From assembly GCA_002269645.1 (NCBI GenBank), contig NIVC01001549.1, forward strand, positions 1-64,000: a stretch of 64,000 nt of DNA, given 5' to 3'. The DNA comes from Macrostomum lignano (Eukaryota). A program made the position numbers and the translations under genes. This document shows positions 34,981-47,132 of the stretch, in pieces. Every line of letters starts with the position of its first letter. Position 1 is the first letter of the stretch. The notes below the pieces were generated by a model. That model searched no databases, was not told where the DNA came from, and saw nothing but the letters and a program-made list of their open reading frames with translations.

Positions 34981-35396
34981 AGGGAGACATTTCGCCCTAA
35001 AAAGCTACTCAAGGTTTTCGTTTAGCCAACGACATAAAGAAAAAAGCATTCACGGCCGCTCTTATCGCGAAGTTCGACAGAGTTTGTGGTGATTCTTGAT
35101 CTTTCGTCGATCGCCCAGCAATTTATGAGCAGAAATGTTTGATAACGCAATCTGTGTTGCTGGGCCTGCAAAGTTATAATGGCCAAGATTTTTTTATCAA
35201 GTTTGCACAGCGCGCTGGCTCAGATCTATGCGGCATTCGAGTCCTTTGCAGCCGCTATCTAATAATTAATTATAGTTATAGCTAGCATTAATATCGCGAC
35301 AAAGTTGCGCTGCCACAGAGAACTGGTAGAACCTCAGCTGCGGCAACTGACATCCATAGAAAAGTGCTATTGTAATTAATATTTTATTAAGCTAAA

Positions 35397-38300
35397 ATGA
35401 AGAGCGAAAATGCGACCTATCCAGCTGAATTCGCAATCGAGTAAGACTATTTAACTTTTTTCACGGAAATTCGTGTACTTAAAGTAGTATAACGCACGAT
35501 ATTGTCATGCATTAATGCACTTTACCTAGTGTACTGTTTATTGTCTACATAAGTTGTGACAGCACGCAGTTTACAGTTTACAGAGTAATAGCTCGTACTT
35601 CACTGAATTCTCATTTATAAACTTGCAGCAAAGATTCCGATGGCAAAGATGAGAAGCCAAAACTTCCTCCAGTTTCCATCGCGAAATTGGTGAGCTCGTG
35701 GGCTTTCTGTCCCCTTGTTTCCCTCTCTTCTGTCTCCCTCTCTTCTGTCTCCCTCTCTCTGTCTTCCTCTCTCTGTCTCCCTCTCTCTGTCTCCCTCTCC
35801 TTTATCTCCTTCTCCCGGTCTCCCCCTCCCTGTCTCCCTCTCCTTCTATCTCCCCCTCCCTGTCTCCTCCTCCCTGTCTCCCCCTCCCTGTCTCCCCCTG
35901 CCTGTCTCCCTCTCCCTGTCTCCCTCTCCCTGTCTCCCTCGCCCTGTCTCCCTCTCCCTGTCTCCCTCTCCCTGTCTCCCTCTCCCTGTCTCCCTCTCCC
36001 TGTCTCCCTCTCTCTGTCTCCCTCTCCCTGTCTCCCTCTCCCTGTCTCCCTCTCCCTGTCTCCCTCTCCCTGTCTCCCTCTCCCTGTCTCCCTCTCCCTG
36101 TCTCCCTCTCCCTGTCTTCCCTCTTCCTGTCTCCCTCTCCCTCTCCCTGTCTCCCTCTCCCTGTCTCCATCTCCCTGTCTCCCTCTCCCTGTCTCCCTCT
36201 CCCTGTCTCCCTCTCCCTGTCTCCCTCTCCCTGTCTCCCTCTCCCTGTCTCCCTCTCCCTGTCTCCCTCTCCCTGTCACCCTCTCCTTGTCTCCCTCTCC
36301 CTGTCTCCCTCTCGCTGTCTCCCTCTTCCTCTCTCCCTCTCCCTGTCTCACATGCACGTCCTTGAAACGAAATCCCAAATGTCTCCAAAATTATCCCCAC
36401 CGCGTCTTCGCAGTTCCGCTTCGCCGACGGTCTGGACTGGCTTTGCATCGCCGCCGGATCGGCATTCGCCGCCGGCCACGGCTGCGGCTGGCCGCTGATC
36501 TCCGTGATCTTCGGCCAGATGACCAACGATTTCATCCGGCAGGGCACCCTGAACAGCAGCCAGCTGCCGTGGGCCAACGCCAGCGGTTTTGACTTCCTCG
36601 ACTCCATGAACCGTTACGCCATCCAGTACAGCATTGTTGGTGCCTGCGTGTTCGCCGCCTCCGCTCTGCAGGTGGCGCTTTGGTCGCTGGCCTGCGAGCG
36701 GCAGGTGCACCGGATGCGACTCGTGTTCTTCCGGTCAGTGAAGCGAGTTGCTTGAAAATTATTGTTTGTGGAAATATTGTCTGTGGCCGAGATGTAGAGC
36801 TTGTTTTTTTATTAATGTTTTGTTGAAATTCAGCGGAGACTTTGTGAGACTATAGGGAGAAGTAGGTAAAACGGGAGAGGGAGACGGGAAGAGGGAGACA
36901 GGGAGAGGGAGACAGGGAGAGGGAGACAGGGAGAGGGAGACAGGGAGAGGGAGAGGGAGACAAGGAGGGGGAGATAGGGAGAGGGAGACAGGGAGAGATA
37001 GACAGGGAGAGGGAGAGGGAGAGAGGAGAGGGAGACAGGGAGAGGGAGACAGGGAGAGGGAGACAGGGAGAGGGAGACAGGGAGAGGGAGACAGGGAGAG
37101 GGAGACAGGGAAAGGGAGACAGGGAGAGGGAGAGGGAGACAGGGAGAGGGAGATAGGGAGAGGGAGACAGGGAGAGGGAGATAGGGAGAGGGAGACAGGG
37201 AGAGATAGACAGGGAGAGGGAGATAGGGAGAGGGAGACAGGGAGAGGGAGACAGGGAGACAGGGAGAGGGAGAGGGAGACAGGGAGAGGGAGACAGGGAG
37301 AGGGAGACAAGAAGAGGGAGACAGGAAGAGGGAGACAGGGAGAGGGAGACAGGGAGAGGGAGACAGGGAGAGGGAGAGGGAGACAGGGAGAGGGAGACAG
37401 GGAGACAGGGAGAGGGAGACAGGAGCTCTACATTCGCCCTCTCCTTATACGAGCGTATAATCAAGCAAGCGAATAATATACTTGTCTTGTCTCCATACAC
37501 TGATATGTAGCGCAGTAAACTTTATCTAGAAGCCTCTAAGTCTCACCCGCCCCCATGGCAGAGCGGTGCTCCGCCAGGAGATGAGCTGGTTCGATCAGCA
37601 GTCAAGCGGCGAGCTGACCACCCGACTTGCTGACGACCTGGAGAAGATCCGCGATGGCATCGGGGACAAGGTCAGCCTGTTGGCGCAGGCGGCGGCCGGT
37701 TTCTTCTCCGGGTTCATCATCGGCTTCTTCAAGAGCTGGCGCATGACGCTGGTCATGATGTCGCTGACACCGCTGCTGGCCATCGGTGGCGGGCTACTGG
37801 GTCGCCTCATCAGCAGCATCAGCAGCCGGGAGCAGGAGGCCTACGCCAAGGCTGGCGCGATAGCCGAGGAGACGATCAGCTGCGTGAAGACCGTCATGGC
37901 CTTCTGCGGGCAGGACGACGAAGAGAAGAGATACGCCGTGGAACTGAAGAAGTCCATGAAGGAGGGCATTCGAAAGGTGGCAGAGTGTAGCACCTTTGAT
38001 GTCATTTGATTTTTGCTTGTAAAAGTACCTTTGGTTGCTAAGGCTGGTATTAGTATCACCTTTGGTTGCTAAGGATAGTATTAGTATCACCTCAGGTTGC
38101 TAAGGCTAGTAATATAGTGTCAACGTTGGTTGCTAAGGTGTATTCTGGTTGCTATCGTATTTCAATCGATCCTACACTGCAACATAACTAAGAACAACCG
38201 AACCCCCGCAGAGCATAATCATAGGCAGTGGAATCGGATTCGTCATGCTCGTGCTGTACTCGGCCTACTGCCTAGCGTTCTGGTACGGCGCCACCCAGGT

Positions 38301-39931
38301 GAAAGAGTGGCAGGAGAGTTTCGGTTTGAACGGCATCCCACCTGGAGACATTTTCACCGTGTTCTTCTGCGTCATGATTGGCAGCTTCTCGCTGGGCTTG
38401 GCCGGCCAGCCCTTCTCCCAGCTCATGTCGGCCAGGGGAGCCGCCGCCACCGTCTACGACATCATCGACCGGCGTCCCGTCATTAACGCCAGCGAGGAGT
38501 CGGCGGGAATGCGTCCGCCAGATGACGGTTGCCGAGGCGAGGTCAAATTTGACGGCGTGTCGTTCGCCTATCCGAACAGAACCGACGCCAAAGTTCTTAG
38601 CGGAGTGTCGTTCAGTATTCGGCCCGGGCAGAGGGTGAGGCAGACAGAGGCATCGACCATTAGACAGACGCATCATCCATTAGATAGAGGCATCATCCAT
38701 TAGATAGAGGCATCATCCATTAGATAGAGGCATCATCCATTAGATAGAGGCATCATCCATTAGATAGAGGCATCATCCATTAGATAGGGGCATCGTCTAT
38801 CAGACAGACGCATCATCCATTAGGCAGAGGCATCGACCATAAAACAGAGGCATCGGCCATTAGACCTGAGGCATCGTCCATTAGACATACGCATCATCCA
38901 TTAGACAGACACATCATCCATTTGACAGAGGCATCATCCATTTGACAGAGGCATCATCCATTAGACAGACGCATCATCCATTAAACAGAGGCATCATCCA
39001 TTAGACAGACGCTTCATCCATTAGACAGACGCATCGTCCATTAGACAGAAGTATCATCCATTAGACAGAGATGTCACCTGCTCAATGTGGAAGTCAATAA
39101 AATATGCAAGGATCTAAATCTATCCAGTGAAACCGAATTTTCACCCAGGTGGCCCTCACTGGACCCTCCGGCAGTGGAAAGTCGTCCATTGTGAAGCTGT
39201 TGCTGCGGTTCTACGACCCGCTGGAGGGCAGCGTACACTTGGACGGACACGACTTGCGAGACTTGAATGCCGCCTGGTTGAGATCAAAGATTGGAGTCGT
39301 GTCTCAGGTGAAAATATTTTAAATAAATCATTTGTTACGTCATTATTTTGTCACTTTATCATAGGAGCGTATAAAATGCTTCTATAGCTACTTATTTTGG
39401 GCCATTAGTAGTAAACAGTAGCCATTACTAGAGGTATGCCTGCCGTTCTTTCTATTTCTTCAACGGATTCTTCCAGTCAGATGCTTCTTGTCGTCCTTGA
39501 GTAGTTGCTAATTATTGAGTAGTGCAACTAATTCGAATGTCACAAAATCAATACAGGAGCCGGTGCTTTTTGCCTGTTCAATCGCCGACAATGTCCGCAT
39601 GGGACGGCCTGAGGCAACGATGTCGGAAATTGAAGATGCCTGCCGCCAGGCCAACGCGCACAACTTCATCTGCGGGTTGCCGGCCGGCTACGAGACGCTG
39701 GTTGGAGAGCGAGGCGCCCAACTGAGTGGCGGGCAGAAGCAGAGGGTTGCTCTGGCCAGAGCCCTCATTCGCAAGCCGGTGCTGCTGCTGCTGGATGAAG
39801 CAACTTCCGCGTTGGACTCGGAGAGCGAAGCAATTGTGCAGGCGGCCTTGGACAAGGCGTCTGAGAACACGACAACGCTTGTGGTGGCGCATCGGTGAGA
39901 GTTGAATTATCAGTTAGCTAGTTAGTTAGTC

Positions 39932-39978
<47 letters not shown>

Positions 39979-42900
39979 CAGTCAGTCAGTCAGTCAGTTA
40001 GTTAGTTAGTTAGTTTGTTTGTTTTTTAGTCAGTCAGTCAGTCAGTTAGTCAGTTAGTTAGTTAGTCAGTCAGTAACTTTGTTAGTTAGTTAATTAGTCA
40101 GTTAGTTAGTCAGTCAGTTAGTTAGTTATCAATGTTTTGTTACCTCCAACTTCGCGCAGTCTGAGCACGGTGCGAAACGCCGACCTGATTCTGACGGTTA
40201 GCGAAGGCCGCATTCTGGAGGCTGGAACGCACGACGAGCTGATGGAGCGCAGAGGTCTGTACCACCAGCTGGTGTCGCTGCAGGAATTCGCCGACGAAGC
40301 CGAGCAGGCGGGCCGCATGACCGGTGGGCAGGACTCCAGCCTGCTCAACGGCAGCGCCGCCAATGCATCGGATACGGAGCAGCGTCGGCGAAGGACGTCA
40401 ACGTCATTTAGTAAAACTGATCGAGTGGCAGTTGAGATCGTCGCCGGAGCGTGTGAGCTGCGGGCCTGGCTTCAGCATTGTCTTCTCTTCTGATCCCGAT
40501 CCTGATCCCGATCCTGATCCCGATCCTGATCCCGATCCTGATCCCGATCCTGATCCCGATCCTGATCCCGATCCTGATCCCGATCCTGATCCCGATCCTG
40601 ATCCCGATCCTGATCCCGATCCTGATCCCGATCCTGATCCCGATCCTGATCCCGATCCTGATCCCGATCCTGATCCCGATCCTGATCCCGATCCTGATCC
40701 CGATCCTGATCCCGATCCTGATCCCGATCCTGATCCCGATCCTGATCCCGATCCTGATCCCGATCCTGATCCCGATCCTGATCCCGATCCTGATCCCGAT
40801 CCTGATCCCGATCCTGATCCCGATCCTGATCCCGATCCTGATCCCGATCCTGATCCCGATCCTGATCCCGATCCTGATCCCGATCCTGATCCCGATCCTG
40901 ATCCCGATCCTGATCCCGATCCTGATCCCGATCCTGATCCCGATCCTGATCCCGATCCTGATCCCGATCCTGATCCCGATCCTGATCCCGATCCTGATCC
41001 CGATCCTGATCCCGATCCTGATCCCGATCCTGATCCCGATCCTGATCCCGATCCTGATCCCGATCCTGATCCCGATCCTGATCCCGATCCTGATCCCGAT
41101 CCTGATCCCGATCCTGATCCCGATCCTGATCCCGATCCTGATCCCGATCCTGATCCCGATCCTGATCCCGATCCTGATCCCGATCCTGATCCCGATCCTG
41201 ATCCCGATCCTGATCCCGATCCTGATCCCGATCCTGATCCCGATCCTGATCCCGATCCTGATCCCGATCCTGATCCCGATCCTGATCCCGATCCTGATCC
41301 CGATCCTGATCCCGATCCTGATCCCGATCCTGATCCCGATCCTGATCCCGATCCTGATCCCGATCCTGATCCCGATCCTGATCCCGATCCTGATCCCGAT
41401 CCTGATCTTACGCTCTCTCTCCATCCCCAGTGACCGAGAATTCGAAGACAAAGGAGGAGATGGAGAAGGCCAAACAGAAGGAGATGCTGGCCAACTCGCC
41501 GAGCTTTTTCGCCATTCTTCGAATGAACAAGCCCGAGTGGCCCTACATCCTGCTGGCCTGCGTTGGATCCCTCATCCTAGGCGGAGGAATGCCCCTGTTC
41601 GCCCTGTTCTTCTCCGAAGTGATTCGAGTATTTGGAAAGGTACTGATCGCCAGGGGCGTGGGGAGAGCGTTTGGGGAACATAGGCAGCTTTTGCGCGAGT
41701 GATATCCATGGTGCTGGCGCCCCTGGTGCTAAAGCCCCTGGTGCTGGCGCCCCGGGTGCTGGCGCCCCTGGTGCTGGCGCCCCTGGTGCTGGCGCCCCTG
41801 GTGCTGGCGCCCCTGGTGCTGGCGCCCCTGGTGCTGGCGCCCCTGGTGCTGGCGCCCCTGGTGCTGGCGCCCCTGGTGCTGGCGCCCCTGGTGCTGGCGC
41901 CCCTGGTGCTGGCGCCCCTGGTGCTGGCGCCCCTGGTGCTGGCGCCCCTGGTGCTGGCGCCCCTGGTGCTGGCGCCCCTGGTGCTGGCGCCCCTGGTGCT
42001 GGCGCCCCTGGTGCTGGCGCCCCTGGTGCTGGCGCCCTGGTGCTGGCGCCCCTGGTGCTAAAGCCCCTGGTGCTAAAGCCCCTGGTGCTAAAGCCCCTGG
42101 TGCTAAAGCCCCTGGTGCTAAAGCCCCTGGTGCTAAAGCCCCTGGTGCTAAAGCCCCTGGTGCTAAAGCCCCTGGTGCTAAAGCCCCTGGTGCTAAAGCC
42201 CCTGGTGCTAAAGCCCCTGGTGCTAAAGCCCCTGGTGCTAAAGCCCCTGGTGCTAAAGCCCCTGGTGCTAAAGCCCCTGGTGCTAAAGCCCCTGGTGCTA
42301 AAGCCCCTGGTGCTAAAGCCCCTGGTGCTAAAGCCCCTGGTGCTAAAGCCCCTGGTGCTAAAGCCCCTGGTGCTAAAGCCCCTGGTGCTAAAGCCCCTGG
42401 TGCTAAAGCCCCTGGTGCTAAAGCCCCTGGTGCTAAAGCCCCTGGTGCTAAAGCCCCTGGTGCTAAAGCCCCTGGTGCTAAAGCCCCTGGTGCTAAAGCC
42501 CCTGGTGCTAAAGCCCCTGGTGCTAAAGCCCCTGGTGCTAAAGCCCCTGGTGCTAAAGCCCCTGGTGCTAAAGCCCCTGGTGCTAAAGCCCCTGGTGCTA
42601 AAGCCCCTGGTGCTAAAGCCCCTGGTGCTAAAGCCCCTGGTGCTAAAGCCCCTGGTGCTAAAGCCCCTGGTGCTAAAGCCCCTGGTGCTAAAGCCCCTGG
42701 TGCTAAAGCCCCTGGTGCTAAAGCCCCTGGTGCTAAAGCCCCTGGTGCTAAAGCCCCTGGTGCTAAAGCCCCTGGTGCTAAAGCCCCTGGTGCTAAAGCC
42801 CCTGGTGCTAAAGCCCCTGGTGCTAAAGCCCCTGGTGCTAAAGCCCCTGGTGCTAAAGCCCCTGGTGCTAAAGCCCCTGGTGCTAAAGCCCCTGGTGCTA

Positions 42901-45900
42901 AAGCCCCTGGTGCTAAAGCCCCTGGTGCTAAAGCCCCTGGTGCTAAAGCCCCTGGCTATTTTTGTAGGATATTGTCCGTTTTACACTGAAAAAGAATCGT
43001 TCTAACGCAGAAGTCAATCTCTAGTTACTACGATATTTTCACATTCTCCAGTTCGGAGACGAAATGCTGGCCGAAGCCACCTTCTGGGCGCTGATGTTCC
43101 TGGTCCTGGGCGCAAGCCAGTTTGTCGGCCACATCATCAGCGCGGCCGGCATGGGCATCTCCGGCGAGCGCCTGACCGCCAGGCTGAGGGCTGGCTATTT
43201 CCGTTCGATGCTACGCCAGGACATGAGCTTCTTCGACTCGCCGGACAATTCCGTTGGCGCGCTGACGACCAGACTTGCCTCTGACGCGTCCAGCGTTAAA
43301 GGCGCCGCTGGGGTTCGATTGGCGCTACCTCTGCAGGTATAGTAATTCCATTCGGTGCATGCCCAATACCACCAATAGCCCCATGTAACATTCTAAGAAC
43401 ATCCGTGTCACATTAGAACATCCGTGTTACATAAGCACAACCATGTCACATTAGAACATCCGTGTTACATAAGCACAACCATGTCACATTAAAACATCCG
43501 TATTACATAAGTACAACCATGTCACATTAGAACATCCGTGTCACATTGGAACATCCGTGTCACATTAGAACAAACGTGTCACATTAGAACATCCGTGTTA
43601 CATTGGAACATCTGCGTCACAATAGAGCATCCGCGTCATATTAAAAAACATTCGTCACATTGGAACATCCGTGTCACATTAGAACATCCGTGTCACATTA
43701 GAACATCCGTGTCACATTAGAACATCCGTGTCACATTAGAACATTCGTGTCACATTAGAACATCCGTGTCACATTGGAACATCACTTCCTCCGCAGGCAA
43801 TATTCGGTGCCGGAATAGGACTGGGCATCGCCCTGTACTACGGCTGGCAGTTGGCTCTCATGATTCTGGGCTGCGTGCCGCTCATGGCAGTGGCGGGTGC
43901 CGTTCACATGGCCTACCAGACCCGCTCGCAGAAAGCGTCAGACAAAGGCACCGAAATGGCCGGACAAACGGCGGCCGAGGCGATAGAGAATCTGCCGACA
44001 GTTCAGTCGCTGGGCAGAGAGGAAGTCTTCTACACGAGATATCGCGACTTTCTGTCTGAGCCATATCGAAAAAGACTGTTCGCCACTCTGCTTGGAGGCC
44101 TGACCTACGGATTTTCGCAGGTGCGAGGCAAGCCATTGAGCACCAAAGTTGTTTTCAATTAATCGATTTTGTAGCGAAAACTGGTCGGGTAGGACCAACC
44201 TCCAAGGCACAGAAAGTGTACATGCCCGATGATTAGAAAGTCAGGGCCATTCACCCTTGTGAGCGTGTGCATGAGTGCGTGTCTGTGTGAAGTATGTGCT
44301 CTGGATGTTGACATGATCTGAGCCAAGCTATAGCTCTCTGAAGATACGAGTTACCGTTAACACATCCGTTAAGTTACCGTTAGGCCATAATTTAATCCTG
44401 GCATTTCAAACCAAATCAAATGCCGATCCAAATCAAGCGCCGATGCATTTTCAGAGCATCGTGTTCTTTATTTACGCGGCTTCATTCCGTTTCGGCGCCT
44501 ACCTAGTCAGCATCGACCAGATGGAGGTGAACAACGTATTCAAGGTGTTCTTCTCGATCACCTTCGCCGGACTGATGGCGGGTCAGACGTTCTCCCTGAT
44601 TCCGGACTACGCCAAGGCCCGCATCGCAGCTGGTTACATTATCGCACTACTCAACCGGGAGCCGCTGATCGACAATCGCTCAGAATCCGGCGATCGGCCT
44701 CAAAAACTGATCGGCGAACTTCGTCTAGTCGATGTCGATTTCGAATATCCCCAACGAGCTGGCACTCGAGTGCTGCGCCGGCTGAATTTGACGATTCCAG
44801 CCGGACGAACCGTCGCTCTGGTTGGGCCGTCCGGCTGCGGAAAATCTACGGTGGTGTCCCTGCTGCAGCGGTACTACGATCCAATGACGCCGGACGGTGA
44901 ACTGGTCGGCGGTCGTGTCGAACTGGACGGCCGAGACGTGCGCCAGCTGAACCTAGCCTGGCTGCGCAGGAATATCCGAGTCGTCAACCAGGAGCCCGTG
45001 CTGTTCGCTAGAAGTATCGCCGACAATCTCACCTACGGCTTGAACGAGGAGCCGGAGTCCGACTGTCTTGAGGAGGTTGTCCGGCTGAGCAATATTAGCG
45101 ACTTTGTCAAGCACCTGCCGGATGGAATGGATACTCAGGTAGGCTGGTCAATACTGCAGCTGCTGGAGTTTTGTATCTACGAGGGCTGTCTCAAAAGTAG
45201 TGTTACTTTTCATTATATCTCTCGTTCTGATGACCCAAATAGCATCATTTGGCACAAATTTAGAGCGGCAACTCTCTTCTTCATATTAATTTTAACATCT
45301 TTAAAATTAGAAATTAAAATTGGAAACAAATTTTTGAAATGGCAGCTGACAAATGGGTAGCTGGCTGTAGCAAATGCGTAAAATGACTGCACTAAATGAC
45401 CGCATTAGACCCATGAGCCAATGAAATTTGCGCATGAATCTCGGCCGCACTGTGCCCCGTCCTCCAAAGGATGTAAATCACACTCCCCTGAGCAACACTT
45501 GAATGCACATCCATGATTTTTGGCGCAACAATAGGAGGGAACAAAAAGCAAGGAAGCTGAAGCCTAGTGGGAAATTCTGTTTCTTTAAAAGTTTTATGTT
45601 TCTCCAAGTTTTTCCCTATATGTCACTTTGTCAAAGCAGCCCAACAAAGAAGTCTGAGTGTATTCAATCAAAAGTACTTTCACTACTTTCCGCTAGCTTG
45701 TTAACTTACTGATGATGATGAGTATGATGTACACGTCCATTTAAGTGTTGCTCAGGGGAGTGGGTTTTACACCCTTTGGAGGACGGGGCACAGTGCAGCC
45801 GAGATTCATGCGCAAATTTCATCGGCTCATGGGTCTAATGCGGTCATTTACCGCAGTTATTTTACACATTCACTGCAGCCAGTTACCCATTTGTCAGCTT

Positions 45901-46536
45901 CCACTTCGAAATTTTGCTAGCTTGTTAACTTACTGTAGGACTATGGTCGAGCTCCTGCTGCATTCTAGTTTGTAATTTTTGTTTCCATTGTCTGATTTTA
46001 AAGATGTTTAAGTCAATTTGAAGAAAAGAGTTGTCGCTATAAATTTGTGCAAATTTATGTTATTTGGATCATCAGAACAAGAGATACAATGAAAAGTAAC
46101 ACTACTTTTGGGACAGCCGTCGTAGTACGTCATATCTCGAGCACACTAATGCACCTCAAAATTTGCGTAACCGCAGGTTGGCGAAAAAGGTGCCCAGCTT
46201 AGCGGCGGCCAGAAACAACGCGTCGCCCTGGCCAGAGCCTTGATCACTCGGCCGAAAATTCTGCTACTCGACGAGGCCACATCCGCGCTGGACAGCGAGT
46301 CCGAAGCCCTGGTTCAGGCGGCTCTGGACGAAGCTCGACAAGGACGAACTTGCATTCTCGTGGCTCACCGACTGTCAACAGTGCAGAGCGCCGACGTCAT
46401 TGTGGTGATGGAGGGCGGTCGAGTAGTCGAGACTGGCACCCACGCTGAGCTGATGCGACTCGGCGGTGCCTACTACAGCATGGCTAACAGTGCCATGCGC
46501 AAAGGCGGCACCTTGTTGCCACCAGGAACGGGATAA
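35397..46536 (+). CDS. ABCB1: ABCB subfamily full transporter (P-glycoprotein/MDR-like), about 1304 aa
   Basis: join(35397..35440,35629..35689,36414..36733,37562..37976,38212..38634,39149..39307,39557..39894,40160..40452,41431..41639,43052..43336,43797..44120,44455..45138,46177..46536) = 3915 nt. TMD-NBD-TMD-NBD; Walker [17 protein letters not shown]; Q-loops SQEPVLF/NQEPVLF; LSGGQKQR twice; [10 protein letters not shown] twice; H-loop AHR twice. First exon and the 40452 donor are the least certain; the symbol indicates family, not strict orthology. Confidence 0.95.
35705..36348. repeat. 14-bp pyrimidine repeat (CTCCCTCTCCCTGT)n, ABCB intron 2
   Basis: Direct inspection. Confidence 0.96.
36875..37422. 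repeat. 14-bp purine repeat (ACAGGGAGAGGGAG)n, ABCB intron 3; reverse complement of the intron 2 array
   Basis: Direct inspection. Confidence 0.96.
38640..39068. repeat. 20-bp minisatellite (CCATTAGACAGAGGCATCAT)n, ABCB intron 5
   Basis: Direct inspection. Confidence 0.94.
39910..40128. repeat. (TTAG/TCAG)n microsatellite, ABCB intron 7
   Basis: Direct inspection. Confidence 0.95.
40490..41408. repeat. Perfect 12-bp array (GATCCTGATCCC)n, about 76 copies, ABCB intron 8
   Basis: Direct inspection; source of the (DP)n, (IG/IR)n and (LIPI)n ORFs. Confidence 0.98.
41709..42956. repeat. 15-bp array in two blocks: (CCCCTGGTGCTGGCG)n then (CCCCTGGTGCTAAAG)n, ABCB intron 9
   Basis: Switch near 42050. 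Confidence 0.98.
43385..43782. repeat. 19-bp minisatellite (ACATTAGAACATCCGTGTC)n, ABCB intron 10
   Basis: Direct inspection. Confidence 0.92.
45180..46122. mobile_element. Tc1/mariner-derived non-autonomous fold-back element in ABCB intron 12
   Basis: TA flanks (45178-79, 46123-24); termini CGAGGGCTGTCTCAAAAGT / ACTTTTGGGACAGCCGTCG; inverted arms about 45180-45505 and 45743-46122; each arm encodes a mariner-like N-terminal HTH remnant ([15 protein letters not shown]). Confidence 0.85.
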
Positions 46537-46917
46537 AGAAGTGTGACGTGGAAGTAAATGTCCGCTCATAAACTTTACAATATCAAAGCGAAATTATATA
46601 TACATTACGCGAAGTCTCGATGTTGATAATTATTGGAAACCACGGTCAAATTGGAACTGCTTCAAATATGTCCATTTCTATCCATAGTAAAATATTTCTT
46701 ACTTAACTGCTACTGTCTTCAGAACAACCTGTTTGCTTAACTTTCTTTGATAATTGTGCCTAAATCGAACTTGAGTGACACTGATGAAATATACAAATAT
46801 TCAGAACAGATGAAAGCTTTGCAAAATTACCGGTATATATTGCAAAGGAACCTTTTCTGCTTTCAAGCTTGCGTTGTGCTTCTTACAATATCACATTTTC
46901 ATGGGGTTTTAGAGTTT

Positions 46918-47132
46918 GTAGCCGAGTAGTTAAAGCGTCGAACTCACTACTGAAAGGTCAGGGGTTCGATTTTCTACACACTCGGAGCAATTTGTGTCCC
47001 TTAAGCAAGACACCTTAACTCTGCATTGCTTCAGTTCACCCAGCTGTAAAATGGGTGCCAGCATTAGCTGGGGTAATTGAGGCTGTGTGTGCGGCGACCT
47101 CAGATGCTGAGCTGTTCATTTGGGCAGGTGTA
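46918..47132 (+). mobile_element. tRNA-derived SINE with CORE (MIR-like) domain, copy 1
   Basis: A-box-like TAGCCGAGTAG, B-box-like GGTTCGATT, then GCAAGACACCTTAAC..TCAGTT..CTGTAAAATGGG resembling the MIR CORE; alignable by eye to copy 2. Confidence 0.75.

Noticed and set aside
40411-40452. Alternative phase-1 donor A|GTAAAA for ABCB exon 8
   Set aside because: In-frame and possible, but GTGAGC at 40453 matches the donors used elsewhere in the gene; cannot be resolved without reads.
40324-43005. Long ORFs encoding (DP)n, (IGIR)n, (LIPI)n, (GAGAP)n, (LVLKP)n
   Set aside because: Translations of stop-free intronic 12- and 15-bp arrays; the flanking ABCB exons splice cleanly around them.
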